Notes: generated from the letters alone by a model not told the origin. Shown: positions 19,718 to 30,824, numbered from the stretch's first letter. The stretch: DNA of 64,000 nt from an uncultured delta proteobacterium (GCA_963760795.1 CAVXEP010000034.1:1-64000), one strand, 5' to 3'. Numbers and translations are program-made.

Positions 19718-21133
19718 CTACTCGTGTTTCTTGCCTTCCATCAGGGCTTTTAATTTCTTGCCAAAGTCGGCGTTGTCGTAATAGCCTTTAAAGCGCTCGG
19801 CGCCGACGCCAAGCGCCGCAACTAAGACTGGAACATTGGAATGGGCGGTATTCTGCCAGTATATCTGGGTGTTGTTCGCGACCATCATGCCCAGAGCGTT
19901 GGCCACCGGTTCGGCGAAGATCGTCCGCGACATGAATTGGCTGTCGACGATCTTCTCTCTAAATTCCGGCGCCAGAATAAACCCTGGGAAGTGTTCGGCC
20001 ATGAGTTTGTCTACGGCATCGCTCTTGGGGGCGGTGCCGAGCAGTTTGGCGGCCTTTTGCAACGAAATGTCGATCCCTTGGATTTTTTTGAAATCACGGA
20101 GGCTCCCCGCGACCTGGTTATTGCCTTTGCTGCTTGACAGATCTTTTAGCGCCAGAGTCATGCCGAGCCCGCCGGATTCATGATCGGAGGCGACGATGAT
20201 CAGAGTCTCGCGCGGGTATTTGCGATAAAATTCATACGCCAGTCCGACCGCCCGGTCGAACTCACGGTAATCGTGAATCACCGAGGCGATGTCGCTGGAA
20301 TGGGAGGCGCGATCGATATTTTCCGATTCGATAAAGGCGAAAAAGCCGCGCGGGCTATGCAGCAGGCGAATCGCTGCCTGGGTGAGATCGTAGACCGACG
20401 GCTCATTTTGCTTGTCTCGATCGATCTCGAAACTCATCTCGGAAAGACCGAACAGCCCAAGAACCTTGCCGCTGCTGGCTCGTTGTAACTGGGGCAAATT
20501 GGTCACCGACTGATAACCGACTTTGGTGAATTCGGCCACTGCGTCGCTGTCATCGGTGCGTTGGCTGCCGGGTTGACCCTTGGGCAGGAATTGATCCAGT
20601 CCGCCGCCCATTAGTACATCCGGCGCCATTTCCAGGTAGCGCTGCAATATCGACGAGTAGTCTTTGCGGTTGGGCACATGGCAGAGAAACGCCGCCGGGC
20701 TGGCGTCGTAGATCGTTGAATTGGTGGCGAGCCCAAGTTTCATGCCGCGCCGGCGCGCGATCTCCATGGCGCTCACGGTGACGGTATCATCGGCGCAGAC
20801 TCCGAGGGCGCCGATCCTGGCTTTGCAGCCGATGGCCATCGCTGTGGCCGCAGCCGCGGAATCCGTCGACAGCGAATTGGCGGCGTGGGTGGTCATCACG
20901 CCGACGCTGCCTTCCTTCATGATTTTATCGACGATCACCATGCCTTCGTTGTGGATGTGCTGGCGATATTGCCGGGCGATCTCCAAGTGTGCCGGGCCGG
21001 CACCGTCGGAGAGAAAAAGAAAAACATACTTAGGCGCGCCGTTGGCAATGAGGCTAGTTTGGCTCGGCGCAGGTGAAGGAAACAAAGCGCAGATGATGGA
21101 GATGGCTAGGAGGCTTAACAGCAGTTTTTTCAC
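19718..21133 (-). CDS. Alkaline phosphatase
   Basis: Signal peptide, FLSDGAG, TDSAAAATA, DASPAAF, E..NIDRASH, ASDHESGG, AHS. Confidence 0.9.
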   Translation of the reverse strand: MKKLLLSLLAISIICALFPSPAPSQTSLIANGAPKYVFLFLSDGAGPAHLEIARQYRQHIHNEGMVIVDKIMKEGSVGVMTTHAANSLSTDSAAAATAMAIGCKARIGALGVCADDTVTVSAMEIARRRGMKLGLATNSTIYDASPAAFLCHVPNRKDYSSILQRYLEMAPDVLMGGGLDQFLPKGQPGSQRTDDSDAVAEFTKVGYQSVTNLPQLQRASSGKVLGLFGLSEMSFEIDRDKQNEPSVYDLTQAAIRLLHSPRGFFAFIESENIDRASHSSDIASVIHDYREFDRAVGLAYEFYRKYPRETLIIVASDHESGGLGMTLALKDLSSSKGNNQVAGSLRDFKKIQGIDISLQKAAKLLGTAPKSDAVDKLMAEHFPGFILAPEFREKIVDSQFMSRTIFAEPVANALGMMVANNTQIYWQNTAHSNVPVLVAALGVGAERFKGYYDNADFGKKLKALMEGKKHE

Positions 21134-21153
21134 AGGTTCTCCAATCTTTAGTG

Positions 21154-21864
21154 CTAAATTTGCGGGTTATTCAAGGCCAAGATACGGCGCAGATCAAGCC
21201 ACAACGACAACATCGTATAATAGGCGGGAAATATTAGCGAGACCAACAAAAGCCACTGTGGCGGATCCGGCACTCGGTAGATGAGATACAGTATCGCGGC
21301 GCCCCAGAGGGCACCTGCGATATTTGTCGAATAAGCAAAGCGCGGCGCGCGGCTGGGATAGATAAAGCGTATTGGCACGAAGACCATGATCGACAGAGCG
21401 AGGATCGCAAAGGCGTTGATCCAGAGCGCGGTTTTGAGCGCATACAGATAGAAGACAACAATATTCCAGTAAGACGGGAAGCCGAGAAAGAAATGATCGG
21501 CAGTCTTGGCGTCCCGTCGGCAGAAACCATAGGCGCTCGACAGCACCGGTAGGGCGGCAAGCCAAAGCGCGTCTTGTGGCGGCAGCAGAGCGGCGCGCAG
21601 CAAAAACAGGCAGGGTACAATTACATAGTTCAGATAGTCGACGAGGTTGTCGAGCAGGGCGCCGTCGAACCAGGGTATGACTTGTTTCACCCGCGCCGCC
21701 CGCGCCAGGGCGCCGTCGGTGGCGTCGATGATGACGGTGACGGCCATCAGGAAAAAGGCCAAACGAAAATTTGACTCGTCGATGGCGAGAATTGAGTAAA
21801 GCCCGACAACGGCGCCCAGGGCGGTATAAAGGTGAACCAGCCAGGCGAAGATCAGGTTCGCCAT
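21154..21864 (-). CDS. pcs: Phosphatidylcholine synthase (CDP-alcohol phosphatidyltransferase)
   Basis: VHLYTALG, DATDGALAR, FDGALLDNLVDYLNY, FLGFPSYWN, PIRFIYP. Confidence 0.82.
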   Translation of the reverse strand: MANLIFAWLVHLYTALGAVVGLYSILAIDESNFRLAFFLMAVTVIIDATDGALARAARVKQVIPWFDGALLDNLVDYLNYVIVPCLFLLRAALLPPQDALWLAALPVLSSAYGFCRRDAKTADHFFLGFPSYWNIVVFYLYALKTALWINAFAILALSIMVFVPIRFIYPSRAPRFAYSTNIAGALWGAAILYLIYRVPDPPQWLLLVSLIFPAYYTMLSLWLDLRRILALNNPQI

Positions 21865-21951
21865 AGCAACTCTACGACTCGGGAAAACTGCGGTATCGAA
21901 GATGGTGTGCGGCCATCTTCAATGCTCCATGGTTGAATCTCGGCGCGCGAG

Positions 21952-22560
21952 CTATTGCGCCGAAGCGGCGAAACTTGGACGGGTTTTCAAACGGGCGATC
22001 CAGGCGACGGTGCTCTTATACTTGACCGGATCGACAGGAATGCCGAAGCGGTCGAGCAGTTCGATGTTAGCCATGAAGGCAACGTCCGCCAGGCTGAACG
22101 CGCCGGCGAGGTAGTCCTTGCCTTTAAGTTCTACTTCGGTGCGATCGAAGGCCTTGGTGATCTCGGCTTTGGCATTGTCGATCCGCTGCGCATCGCGCTC
22201 GGCTTCGGGCTTGCGGCTCTCCTGGATGATATGAACGAAGTAAGGATTGAAATGCGAGTCGCGAAAGTCTTCCATCATGCGCGCCCGCGCCCGCCCTTCC
22301 GAATCCCTCGGCATGAGCGGTGGATAGGGATACTCATCGTCGAGATATTCATTGATGACCGTCGAATCATAAACCACGAAACCTTCGTCATCTAACGCTG
22401 GGATTTGACCGAAAGGATGAACTTTGAGGTAGTCTGGGTTCTTTTGTTCCCGTTTGCTGAGGTCGACGTTGATCCGCTCGAATTCGAGGCCCTTCTCTAG
22501 CAGTGCAATTCTAACCTTGCGCGAGTTGGTCGACGGCGGAAACGTGTACAGCTTGATCAT
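21952..22560 (-). CDS. Glutathione S-transferase
   Basis: STNSRKVRIAL.EKG, HPFGQIPAL, YDSTVINEYL, YLAGAFSLAD. RBS AAGGAGG. Confidence 0.92.
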   Translation of the reverse strand: MIKLYTFPPSTNSRKVRIALLEKGLEFERINVDLSKREQKNPDYLKVHPFGQIPALDDEGFVVYDSTVINEYLDDEYPYPPLMPRDSEGRARARMMEDFRDSHFNPYFVHIIQESRKPEAERDAQRIDNAKAEITKAFDRTEVELKGKDYLAGAFSLADVAFMANIELLDRFGIPVDPVKYKSTVAWIARLKTRPSFAASAQ

Positions 22561-22698
22561 TGACAGCAACCTCCTTAAACTTCACAACAAGCGATATATT
22601 AGCACAACGTTGTAATAAGTGGAGCGTTTTTTTCATTTTCTCGGGTAAAATACAACTTATTTTCGAGATAACCGGGTTCTCACTTCCCAGAGATAGCG

Positions 22699-24557
22699 CT
22701 AGCGCCGGGAACCTAGGGTAGTTTTGAGCGCGCTGGTTGCATTACTTCTTCGAACGATGATGGTGACTTGATCGGCAGGTTTATACGCGCCGAGTGTGTC
22801 GGTGAGATCCTCAATATTGCTGATTTTTTTATCGGCTAGTTGAATGATTATATCACCTTCAAGTAAACCTGCCGCCGCGGCTGGGCTGCCAGGCGCGACG
22901 CCTGCGAGCAGCACGCCATCGATACTGTGGCTGTATTCGGGAATGACTCCCAGATAAACGCTGCCAACCCGCCGCTCGCCGCTCGCAGTTGATGGCGGTC
23001 GCCCCGGCAGGCTGGCGAAGGCCGGGGATTCCGGCAATGCCGCAATCGCCAAGGCCGAGCCGAGTACGAGGTCGCCAATGCGCGCCATGCCGGCGTAGTT
23101 AAGTTTGTCCCAAGTATCTCCCGGGCGATGGTAGTCCGTGTGGCTGCCGGTAAAGAAATGCAGCACGGGAATCTGTTTGTTGTAAAACGACAGGTGATCG
23201 CTGGGGCCGACGCCGTCAGGCTGGTTGGTTTGTAATCCCAGCTGCTTGGCGCCGGCGCCGACGATGGCGTCAAATGGCGGCGACGAGCGGATGCCGAATA
23301 CGGTGACGCGGTCTTCGCGCAGCCGGCCGACCATGTCCAAGTTAATCATGGATTTTATCGCACCGATCTGCGGCCACTTGGCAACAAAGTGGCGCGAGCC
23401 ATGCAGCCCCAATTCCTCGGCCGAAAAAGCGACGAAGACGATGCCACGCGTCGGCTTGGGCTCGATCTGGCTTAGCCGGCGCGCCAGCTGGAGCAGCACT
23501 GCCGTGCCGGATGCGTTGTCGTCGGCACCGTGATGGATCAGCCCGGCGGTGCTTTGATCGCGGGTGCCGTAATGGCCGAGACCAAGGTGATCGTAGTGGG
23601 CGCCGATGACGATGTACTCGTTGTGAACGTTCGGGTCTTTGCCGGCAAGGATCGCGACGACGTTTTCGGCGCGCGCTCGGTCCTCTTCGAGGCTTACCTG
23701 TAGCGACAGTTTAGCTCCCGGCAGGGCCAGCGAAGCCGGCCGCTCGTCACGGTCGATTTTTTCCTTTAGATCTTTGAGTGAAAGTCCCAGAGCCGCGAAC
23801 CACTTGTCGGCGACTTGCCGTTTGACTTGCCCCGCCACCAGGCTGTTGCCGCTGCGCCACAGGCTGCTGCGCAGCGACATTAACTCCGTCTTGCCCTCGT
23901 TCCGGTTGTCCATGTCAACGAGTATCATGCCCGCGGCGCCATGTTCGCGGGCGTTGTTGGCCTTGGTGCGGAGCGCTGCGTGGATCGAGAAATCGGGAGA
24001 TTTTCTAAATGGGCTTTGACTATTTTTTGGCGGCGGCTCATAGCGCAGCACGACGACGATCTTGCCCTGCACGTCGATACCGGCGTAGTCGTCGTAGCCG
24101 TAATCTTTCGCGGTAATGCCGTAGCCGGCGAAGACCGCTTCACCTTCGACTTGGGCGGATGAAGAAAGCCCTAGGGGCAGCCAATCCTCGTGCAACCGTA
24201 GCGTAGGCTCCCGGCCGAGCGCCAAACTGCTAGGCTCTTTTACCTGCACGCCAACGGCGACGTCGAAGCTTTGCAGATAACTGTTGTTGTCCCCACCGGG
24301 AAGCAGTCCATACTTCGCAAATTCCGCCGCGATGTAATCCCGCGCCGTGGCGATGCCTGGTGTGCCAACGCCACGGCCGCTAAGGTCCGGTGCCGCCAAA
24401 AACTTGCCATGGGCCAGCAGCTCGTCCGCCGCCGTCGGTTCCTGGCCCGACAGCAGCCAAGGACGCGCGGCGAGGCTGACAAGCGCGCTAAAAAGACTAC
24501 GGCTATGACGATGATGATCGCGCGGCGGCGGGATAGGGACTGGCGACGGAAACGCAT
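22699..24557 (-). CDS. M28 family peptidase with PA and PDZ domains (frameshift in 24400-24470)
   Basis: GAHYDH, GADDNASG, SAEELG, NLDMVG, SDH, DYH, YLGVIP..GSPAAAAG. Signal-peptide-like N-terminus is in ORF 24240..24557. Confidence 0.88.
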
Positions 24558-24683
24558 AGGACTAATTCAAGCTAACATGTTTGCGGCGGGTTTGTCGCTA
24601 GTCTGGTCTCGAATTCGGAACTTTTGCGGCGGCAAATCCTGAAGTGTTATAAAAGTATTATCTATTGCTGGAGGAGATTGAAG

Positions 24684-24917
24684 ATGGCCAAGTCCGTTGT
24701 TGTCTATACTCTACCTGGCTGAGGCCCCTGTCACGCCGAGGTAGAGTTTCTATCTCAAAAGGGAGTCGAGTTCGTCGAGAAAAATCTCCGCGCCGACAAA
24801 GCAACGTTGAAGGAGTTCCTTGACTTAGGCTTTCAAAGTGCGCCGGTGACGATTATAGACGGCCAGTCTGTGGTGGGTTTCGACCAAGAAAAGATCATGG
24901 AGCTGCTCGGATTGTAA
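24684..24917 (+). CDS. Glutaredoxin/NrdH-like selenoprotein (UxxC; in-frame TGA at 24720-24722)
   Basis: GGAGGAG RBS, then ATG...MAKSVVVYTLPG-U-GPCHAEVEFLSQKGVEFVEKNLRADKATLKEFLDLGFQSAPVTIIDGQSVVGFDQEKIMELLGL*. TGA sits exactly at the first Cys of the CxxC. Absent from the ORF track. Confidence 0.85.
24725..24763 (+). promoter_or_regulatory. Putative bacterial SECIS element
   Basis: Stem GAGGTAGA/TCTATCTC (24738-24756) with G-led apical loop GTT starting 23 nt after the UGA; lower pairing CCCT/AGGG. Confidence 0.65.
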
Positions 24918-25017
24918 ATAATTAGACCGATCGAATGGCGGCGCAATTTGGGTGGGATTGTCGCGGCCTGTCGATGGCCGTATTAATATGAATCATCCAA
25001 CGAAAAAGTTGAAAAGT

Positions 25018-25719
25018 TTATCTTACCTGCGACTTCCACCCGGAGGAGCTGAGCATTTTGCCGGTGACATTCTTGGCTTCGTCTGAAGCCAAGTAGACGA
25101 ATACGTCGGTTACCGATTCCGGTTTGCTGCCGTTGAAACCGGTGAGTTTCGTCGCCACGTAACCGGGCTCTACAGAATTGACCCGAATATTCGACGAGCG
25201 CGCTTCGGCAGCCAGGGTCTGCGAGAACCCTTCCAAACCCCACTTGGAAGTAGCGTAGGCGAGGAAATTGGCGTAGGCGCCGCGGCCGATCATCGACGAG
25301 ACATTGATGATGGATCCAGCCTTTTGTCGCATCATGATCGGCAGCACCGCTTGGGTGATCAGAAACGGCCCGCGCAAATTGACCGCGATGGTGTAGTCCC
25401 ATTTTCTTATGTCGAGCTCGATCATCGGCGCCGGCCGGGTCATGACGCCGGCGTTATTGACCAGCACGTCGATGCGGGCGAATCTCTTGAGCGCATTAGC
25501 AATGAAATCTTTGGCCGGCTCTTCCAGCGACACGTCGCAGCTCCAGCCTTCAGCGTCGACATTCATGGCGCGTAATTCTTTGACGGTTTGATCGAGCTCG
25601 GCGCCGGTGCGGGCGCACAGCGCGAGTTTGGCGCCCTCGCGGCCATAGTGCATGGCGATGGCTTTGCCGATGCCGCGGCCGCCGCCGGTGATCAGTGCGA
25701 CTTTGTCTTTGAGTTTCAT
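25018..25719 (-). CDS. Short-chain dehydrogenase/reductase
   Basis: TGGGRGIG, DVS, NNAG, NVSS, YATSK, IRVNSVEPG. Confidence 0.93.
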   Translation of the reverse strand: MKLKDKVALITGGGRGIGKAIAMHYGREGAKLALCARTGAELDQTVKELRAMNVDAEGWSCDVSLEEPAKDFIANALKRFARIDVLVNNAGVMTRPAPMIELDIRKWDYTIAVNLRGPFLITQAVLPIMMRQKAGSIINVSSMIGRGAYANFLAYATSKWGLEGFSQTLAAEARSSNIRVNSVEPGYVATKLTGFNGSKPESVTDVFVYLASDEAKNVTGKMLSSSGWKSQVR

Positions 25720-25730
25720 TGAGGAGCCTC

Positions 25731-25765
25731 GGAGTAATGGGGCAATGGAGTATTGGAGTAATGGA
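25731..25765. repeat. 8-nt-period intergenic repeat (GGAGTAAT)n
   Basis: ggagtaat ggggcaat ggagtatt ggagtaat gga. A related array lies at 54077-54112. Confidence 0.6.
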
Positions 25766-25867
25766 AAATCAGAATCTACATCGAAATAAAATGGAAGCCA
25801 ACCGTTTTGCGCTTGAGCAATTGGCCGGGAGGCGATAGGAAGAGAGCCGCGTAGGGAGGTGCGAATC

Positions 25868-26746
25868 ATGGACGTTCTCAGTATCACCGGTTACAACCGC
25901 AGGCCGCCGCAATTGGTGGCGGAGTACAAAGGATTTTTCGCCAAGGAGAATCTCGAAGTGCGCTTTCACGAGACCACCTACGCGCCGGATCACAACAAAG
26001 GCATGGCGGAAGGGAAGTGGGATTTTACCCTCAGCAGCGCCGACACGATGATCGCGCGCACGACCACCGATGGCACCGACTATATGCTGTTCATGCAGGC
26101 CGAAGAGGGATTGAGCGCCTACTTGATCGGCCAACCGGGTTACGAATCCTTCGACAAGCTGCGCGGCAAACTGCTGGCCGGCGATCCGGGCGACTCCAAT
26201 CTTGACCTGATCCGCAAGAAAATTCTCCGCAAGCATGGCATCGATGACACGGAATATGACATAGAAATCATTGGCAGCTCGCCGGTGCGCTTGGAGGCGT
26301 TTCTTCAACGCCGGGTGGTTGCGGCTATGCTGACGCCGCCGGCTTCCGATAAAGCCTTGGCCGCCGGTGGGGTTCTGCTCGCCAGCGGCGACGATTACGT
26401 GCCGGGCTGGCCGCTTACTTGTGGGTGGACGCTGCGGCCGTGGTTGTTGGATCATCGCACGCTGGTCGTGCGCTTCATTCGCGCTTGGGCGGCGGCGACG
26501 GATTGGTTGTTGCAAGCGGAGCATCGCGATGAAACCTTGCAGTTGTCGATGGACAAGGAAAAGCTTAATCGCGCCGCCGCCGAAATCGCCTATTCTAAAG
26601 TTGTCCCGCAGGCGCGCATCAATCCGGCGGCGATCCAAACCGTCATCGAGCTGCGCAAAGAAATGGGCGTCTATCAGCCGCCGTTCGATCCGCCGGCGCG
26701 ATTTTACGACGATAGCTACTGGCGCGAAGCGACGGGAACGCGGTAG
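25868..26746 (+). CDS. SsuA/THI5(NMT1)-like substrate-binding-fold protein, no signal peptide
   Basis: VAEYKGFFAKENLEV, LRGK.L, AAMLTPP, RFIRAW. RBS GGAGGT. Confidence 0.8.
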   Translation: MDVLSITGYNRRPPQLVAEYKGFFAKENLEVRFHETTYAPDHNKGMAEGKWDFTLSSADTMIARTTTDGTDYMLFMQAEEGLSAYLIGQPGYESFDKLRGKLLAGDPGDSNLDLIRKKILRKHGIDDTEYDIEIIGSSPVRLEAFLQRRVVAAMLTPPASDKALAAGGVLLASGDDYVPGWPLTCGWTLRPWLLDHRTLVVRFIRAWAAATDWLLQAEHRDETLQLSMDKEKLNRAAAEIAYSKVVPQARINPAAIQTVIELRKEMGVYQPPFDPPARFYDDSYWREATGTR

Positions 26747-26772
26747 CTGCAACCAAGGAAGGGACGCCGGTA

Positions 26773-26855
26773 TTCACCAGGGCACGAGGAGCACGAAGTT
26801 CGGAATAATAACTATCCGAAACCTTCGTGACCTTCGTGATCTCCTTTGTGGTGAG
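26773..26855. repeat. Intergenic imperfect palindrome (CACGAAG/CTTCGTG type)
   Basis: TTCACCA..CACGAGGAGCACGAAG..TTCGGA...TCCGAA..CTTCGTGACCTTCGTG..TGGTGAG between convergent genes. Confidence 0.6.
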
Positions 26856-26885
26856 AGGGAATTTGTCGATGCGCTGTTATTTCCA

Positions 26886-27224
26886 CTAGGTCAACAGCGA
26901 GCGCAGGATCATGCCGACGAAGCTCATGACGATGGCGCCGAAAAACGCCGACCAGAAACTGGCGACGGCAAAGCCGGGGACCAGGTAGGCGGCGAACATG
27001 AGCATGAGAGCATTGATGACCAGTAAGAATATTCCCAGTGACAGGATCGTTATCGGGAAGGTTACGATTTTAAGGATAAAGCCGACGGTGGCGTTCACCA
27101 GGCCGATGACCAGCGGCGCGATCAACGCCGGGCCCAGGCCGTCGACGTGGATTCCCGGTATCAGATAGGCGACAACGACCAGACTGATAGCGCTGATCGC
27201 CCAATGCACTAGTAAGTTCCACAT
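26886..27224 (-). CDS. YvlD / 4-TMS 'phage holin' family membrane protein
   Basis: GLVNAT..ILK..TFPITILSLG.F.LVINA, VPGF.V.SFW.AFFGA. Confidence 0.85.
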   Translation of the reverse strand: MWNLLVHWAISAISLVVVAYLIPGIHVDGLGPALIAPLVIGLVNATVGFILKIVTFPITILSLGIFLLVINALMLMFAAYLVPGFAVASFWSAFFGAIVMSFVGMILRSLLT

Positions 27225-27357
27225 AGTGACTCCTTGCCCGAGGGCATAACAAAAATAAGGTTATTTCTCAATGAAGCTTCGCGCCATGTCCTTGCGGCAG
27301 ACACTCGACAATGTAAAATGGTTATAATTTTAAAGATGATAAGGAGGCTTGAACGCC

Positions 27358-28377
27358 ATGTCAAAGCAGGAACTTGAAAGCGTAGCTCAAGCGATGGTCG
27401 CCAAGGGTAAGGGTATTCTTGCCGCCGACGAGAGCATGGGCACGATCAAAAGAAGGTTCGATAGCATCAAGATCGACTCCAACGAGAACAACCGCCGGGC
27501 TTACCGTGAGATGCTTTTCACCACCAAGGGTCTTGAGGAAGCGGTCAGCGGCGTGATCCTGTTCGACGAAACTCTGCGTACCGCGGCCAGCGATGGCACA
27601 CAGTTTTCCCAAGTTTTGTCGAAGAAGGGCATCATGCCGGGCATCAAGGTCGACAAAGGGCCGGTGGACATTCCCGGTTTTCCCGGCGAGACCGTTACCG
27701 AAGGCCTCGACGGCCTGCGCGCCCGGGTCAAAGAATATCGTGAGCTTGGCGCCAAGTTCGCCAAATGGCGCGCCGTGATTACCATCGGCGACGGCATCCC
27801 CACCTACACTTGCTTGCAGGCCAATGCCCACGCGTTGGCGCGCTACGCAGCGCTGTGCCAGGAAGGCGGCATCGTGCCGATCGTCGAGCCGGAAGTGTTG
27901 CTCGACGGCGGCCATACCATCGAGCGTTGCGAGGAAGTGACCCAGGAGACTTTGCGCATCACCTTCTCGGCGCTGTTGGAACAGCGGGTGCATCTGGAAG
28001 GCATGATTCTCAAGCCGAGCATGGTGGTATCCGGCAAAGACAACTCGCGCCAAGCCGGTGTCGACGAGGTCGCCGAGCGGACGATTCGTTGTCTCAAGCG
28101 CACCGTTCCCGGCGCCGTGCCGGGCATCGCTTTTCTCTCGGGCGGGCAAAGCGCCGTGAGCGCCACCGAACACCTGAACAAAATGAACCAGCTCGGCCCC
28201 CATCCTTGGCAGGTGAGTTTTTCCTACGCCAGGGCGCTGCAAGATCCGGCGCTCAAAGCTTGGCAAGGCGAGCCGGGCAATGTCGCGGCGGCGCAGAAGA
28301 TTTTTTACCATCGCGCCAAGATGAACAGCGCGGCGCGCACCGGCAGCTATACCAAGAAAATGGAAGAAGCAGCTTAG
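27358..28377 (+). CDS. fba: Class I fructose-bisphosphate aldolase
   Basis: KGILAADES, GIKVDKG, FAKWR, VPIVEPE, LKPSMV, FLSGGQS, SFSYARALQ. Confidence 0.96.
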   Translation: MSKQELESVAQAMVAKGKGILAADESMGTIKRRFDSIKIDSNENNRRAYREMLFTTKGLEEAVSGVILFDETLRTAASDGTQFSQVLSKKGIMPGIKVDKGPVDIPGFPGETVTEGLDGLRARVKEYRELGAKFAKWRAVITIGDGIPTYTCLQANAHALARYAALCQEGGIVPIVEPEVLLDGGHTIERCEEVTQETLRITFSALLEQRVHLEGMILKPSMVVSGKDNSRQAGVDEVAERTIRCLKRTVPGAVPGIAFLSGGQSAVSATEHLNKMNQLGPHPWQVSFSYARALQDPALKAWQGEPGNVAAAQKIFYHRAKMNSAARTGSYTKKMEEAA

Positions 28378-28420
28378 TTCCGATTCACGATTCCCCGTTT
28401 AGATCCGTTCCTTATTAATT

Positions 28421-28465
28421 CGGTTATCTCACTGGCGTGTCACTCGCGGCGAGATAACCGTTTTT
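28421..28465 (+). terminator. Intrinsic terminator after fba
   Basis: CGGTTATCTC-N20-GAGATAACCG followed by TTTTT. Confidence 0.7.
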
Positions 28466-28549
28466 ATATAGTCGGTGCGGTGGCGCTATTCATGACGGCG
28501 ATGTCGTGTCCCGGCGAAGTAAACCCGCTAAGATAAGTTGGAGCCAAGC

Positions 28550-30796
28550 ATGTCCGAACCCGTACGTCGACTGATCATCGTGTCCAACCGTTTGCCTTTT
28601 AACGCAAGCGTTGAGGGCGGTGAGCTGGTTTTTCACGGGAGCGCAGGCGGCCTGGTCAGCGGTCTCGCCTCTTATCTTCATCCGCCCTCGCAAACCGCGA
28701 CTCCAGCCGGCGAATATCTCTGGGTCGGGTGGCCGGGGATCAGCGTCGACGATGCGCTCAAAGAACCGTTGACGAAAAAGGCGCACGAGGAATTTTCGTC
28801 CCATCCGGTTTTTCTCACCGAAGAACAGATGGAGCGGTTCTACCTGGGATTTTGCAATGCGACGATCTGGCCTCTGTTTCACTATTTTCCTACCTACACG
28901 TTGTACGAGCCGGCCTATTGGGAGCAGTACAAGCAAATCAATCAGTGTTTTTGCGACGCTCTGGAGAGCGTTCTCCGACCGGACGACGTGGTCTGGGTGC
29001 ACGACTATCATTTGATGTTGCTGCCGCGATTGCTGAAAGCGCGGCGTCCCAGGCTATCGGTTGGCTTTTTCCTGCACATTCCTTTTCCTTCACACGAGGT
29101 ATTTCGCCTTTTGCCGGTCGAGTGGCGCCGAGAAATCCTCGAAGGGCTGCTCGGCGCCGATCTAATCGGCTTTCACACCTATGAATATACCCGGCATTTC
29201 CAGCAGTCGGTTCTGAGAATATTGGGATACGAGCACCATTTCAGCCAAATTCTCACGTCGGACCACCCGGTCAAAGTCGACACGTTTCCCATGGGCATCG
29301 ATTTCGAGAAATTTTCGGCTGCGGCGGTGGACGGCGAAATTCAACGCGAACGTAAAGAGATGGAAAGCACGCTGTCCGGCTTCAAAGTCGTGTTGTCGGT
29401 GGATCGCTTGGATTATTCGAAGGGAATCTCGCACCGTCTCGAAGGCTTTGAGAGTTTTCTGGAGGCCTATCCTGAATACCACGGCAAAGTCGTCCTACTG
29501 ATGATCGTTGTGCCGTCGCGCATCGGCGTGCGTCAGTACGAGCGGATGAAACGGCAAATCGAAGAGCTGGTGGGCAAGATCAACGGGCGCTTCGGCGGAG
29601 TCGGCTGGACCCCGATCGTCTATCAGTACCGCAACGTGCCGTTTCCGTCTCTGGTCGCGCTTTATACGGCCTCGGACATTTGTCTGGTGACGCCTCTGCG
29701 CGACGGCATGAATCTGGTCGCGAAAGAATACGTCGCCACGCGGACCGACGGCAGCGGCGTCTTGGTGCTGAGTGAAATGGCCGGCTCGGCAAGTGAGCTG
29801 CCCGAAGCCATCGTCATCAATCCGAATAACCGGTACGAGATCGCTCAGGCGTTGAAGGATGCGCTGGAAACGCCGCTTGAAGAGCAGAAAAGACGCAACC
29901 GGATCATGCAAAACCGTCTGCGCCGCTACAACGTCACGCGCTGGGCGGGCGATTTTCTCGGCGCTCTGGCGGGCGCGCGCGAGATGCAGGATCGCATCGA
30001 GGCGAAACTACTACCGTTCGACGAACGGAACGAAATCATTGACGGCTATAAACTCAGTCGGCGCCGGGCGCTATTTCTCGACTACGATGGCACGCTGAGC
30101 CCATTGGTGCGGTTTCCTTTTATGGCGCGGCCGGACGAAAGCAAGATCAAGCTGCTCAGTTTCCTCGCGTCTGAACCGGGAAATCATGTCGTTATCATCA
30201 GTGGGCGCGACCGGCAGACTCTCGACAGCTGGTTCGGTTCTTTGTCCATCGGTCTGGTCGCCGAGCATGGGGCGTGGATCAAACAAGCGGGCCAGTCTTG
30301 GCAGCTCGTCAAGCCGCTCGCCAATGAATGGAAGGAGAAGCTCCTACCGATACTGGAAATCTACACCGACCGGCTGCCCGGCGCCTTTGTCGAAGACAAG
30401 GAAAATTCCGTGGCATGGCACTACCGGCCGGCCGATCCAGAACAGGGGGGAATCCTGGCCTCCGAGCTTGTCGATAATCTCGATAGCATGACTGCCAAGA
30501 CCGATCTCCAGGTGATTCAGGGCAGCAAAGTGGTCGAGATTCGGCATGCCGGCGTCGACAAAGGCAGCGCGGCGCTGCAATGGCTGGCAAAAAACGATTA
30601 CGATTTCATTCTTGCTGTCGGCGACGATGCGACGGACGAGGATTTGTTTCGCGCCATGCCCGCGTCCGCGGTGACTCTGCGAGTCGGTATCGCTGGCACA
30701 GACGCGCGTTATAATCTGCGCAACAGCGCGGAGGTCATTGGCTTGTTGCAAGCCTTCGCCGATGGCTCCAGTTTTCCCGCCGGCACCGCGCAATAA
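28550..30796 (+). CDS. otsAB: Bifunctional trehalose-6-phosphate synthase/phosphatase (OtsA-OtsB fusion)
   Basis: [43 protein letters not shown]; HAD domain [18 protein letters not shown]. Confidence 0.95.
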   Translation: MSEPVRRLIIVSNRLPFNASVEGGELVFHGSAGGLVSGLASYLHPPSQTATPAGEYLWVGWPGISVDDALKEPLTKKAHEEFSSHPVFLTEEQMERFYLGFCNATIWPLFHYFPTYTLYEPAYWEQYKQINQCFCDALESVLRPDDVVWVHDYHLMLLPRLLKARRPRLSVGFFLHIPFPSHEVFRLLPVEWRREILEGLLGADLIGFHTYEYTRHFQQSVLRILGYEHHFSQILTSDHPVKVDTFPMGIDFEKFSAAAVDGEIQRERKEMESTLSGFKVVLSVDRLDYSKGISHRLEGFESFLEAYPEYHGKVVLLMIVVPSRIGVRQYERMKRQIEELVGKINGRFGGVGWTPIVYQYRNVPFPSLVALYTASDICLVTPLRDGMNLVAKEYVATRTDGSGVLVLSEMAGSASELPEAIVINPNNRYEIAQALKDALETPLEEQKRRNRIMQNRLRRYNVTRWAGDFLGALAGAREMQDRIEAKLLPFDERNEIIDGYKLSRRRALFLDYDGTLSPLVRFPFMARPDESKIKLLSFLASEPGNHVVIISGRDRQTLDSWFGSLSIGLVAEHGAWIKQAGQSWQLVKPLANEWKEKLLPILEIYTDRLPGAFVEDKENSVAWHYRPADPEQGGILASELVDNLDSMTAKTDLQVIQGSKVVEIRHAGVDKGSAALQWLAKNDYDFILAVGDDATDEDLFRAMPASAVTLRVGIAGTDARYNLRNSAEVIGLLQAFADGSSFPAGTAQ

Positions 30797-30824
30797 GGGA
30801 CGAAATTCGTACGGACGGCAATTA

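Noticed and set aside
26886-27224. Prophage suggested by a 'phage holin family' gene
   Set aside because: YvlD-like proteins are common chromosomal genes; no other phage genes or integrase are present.
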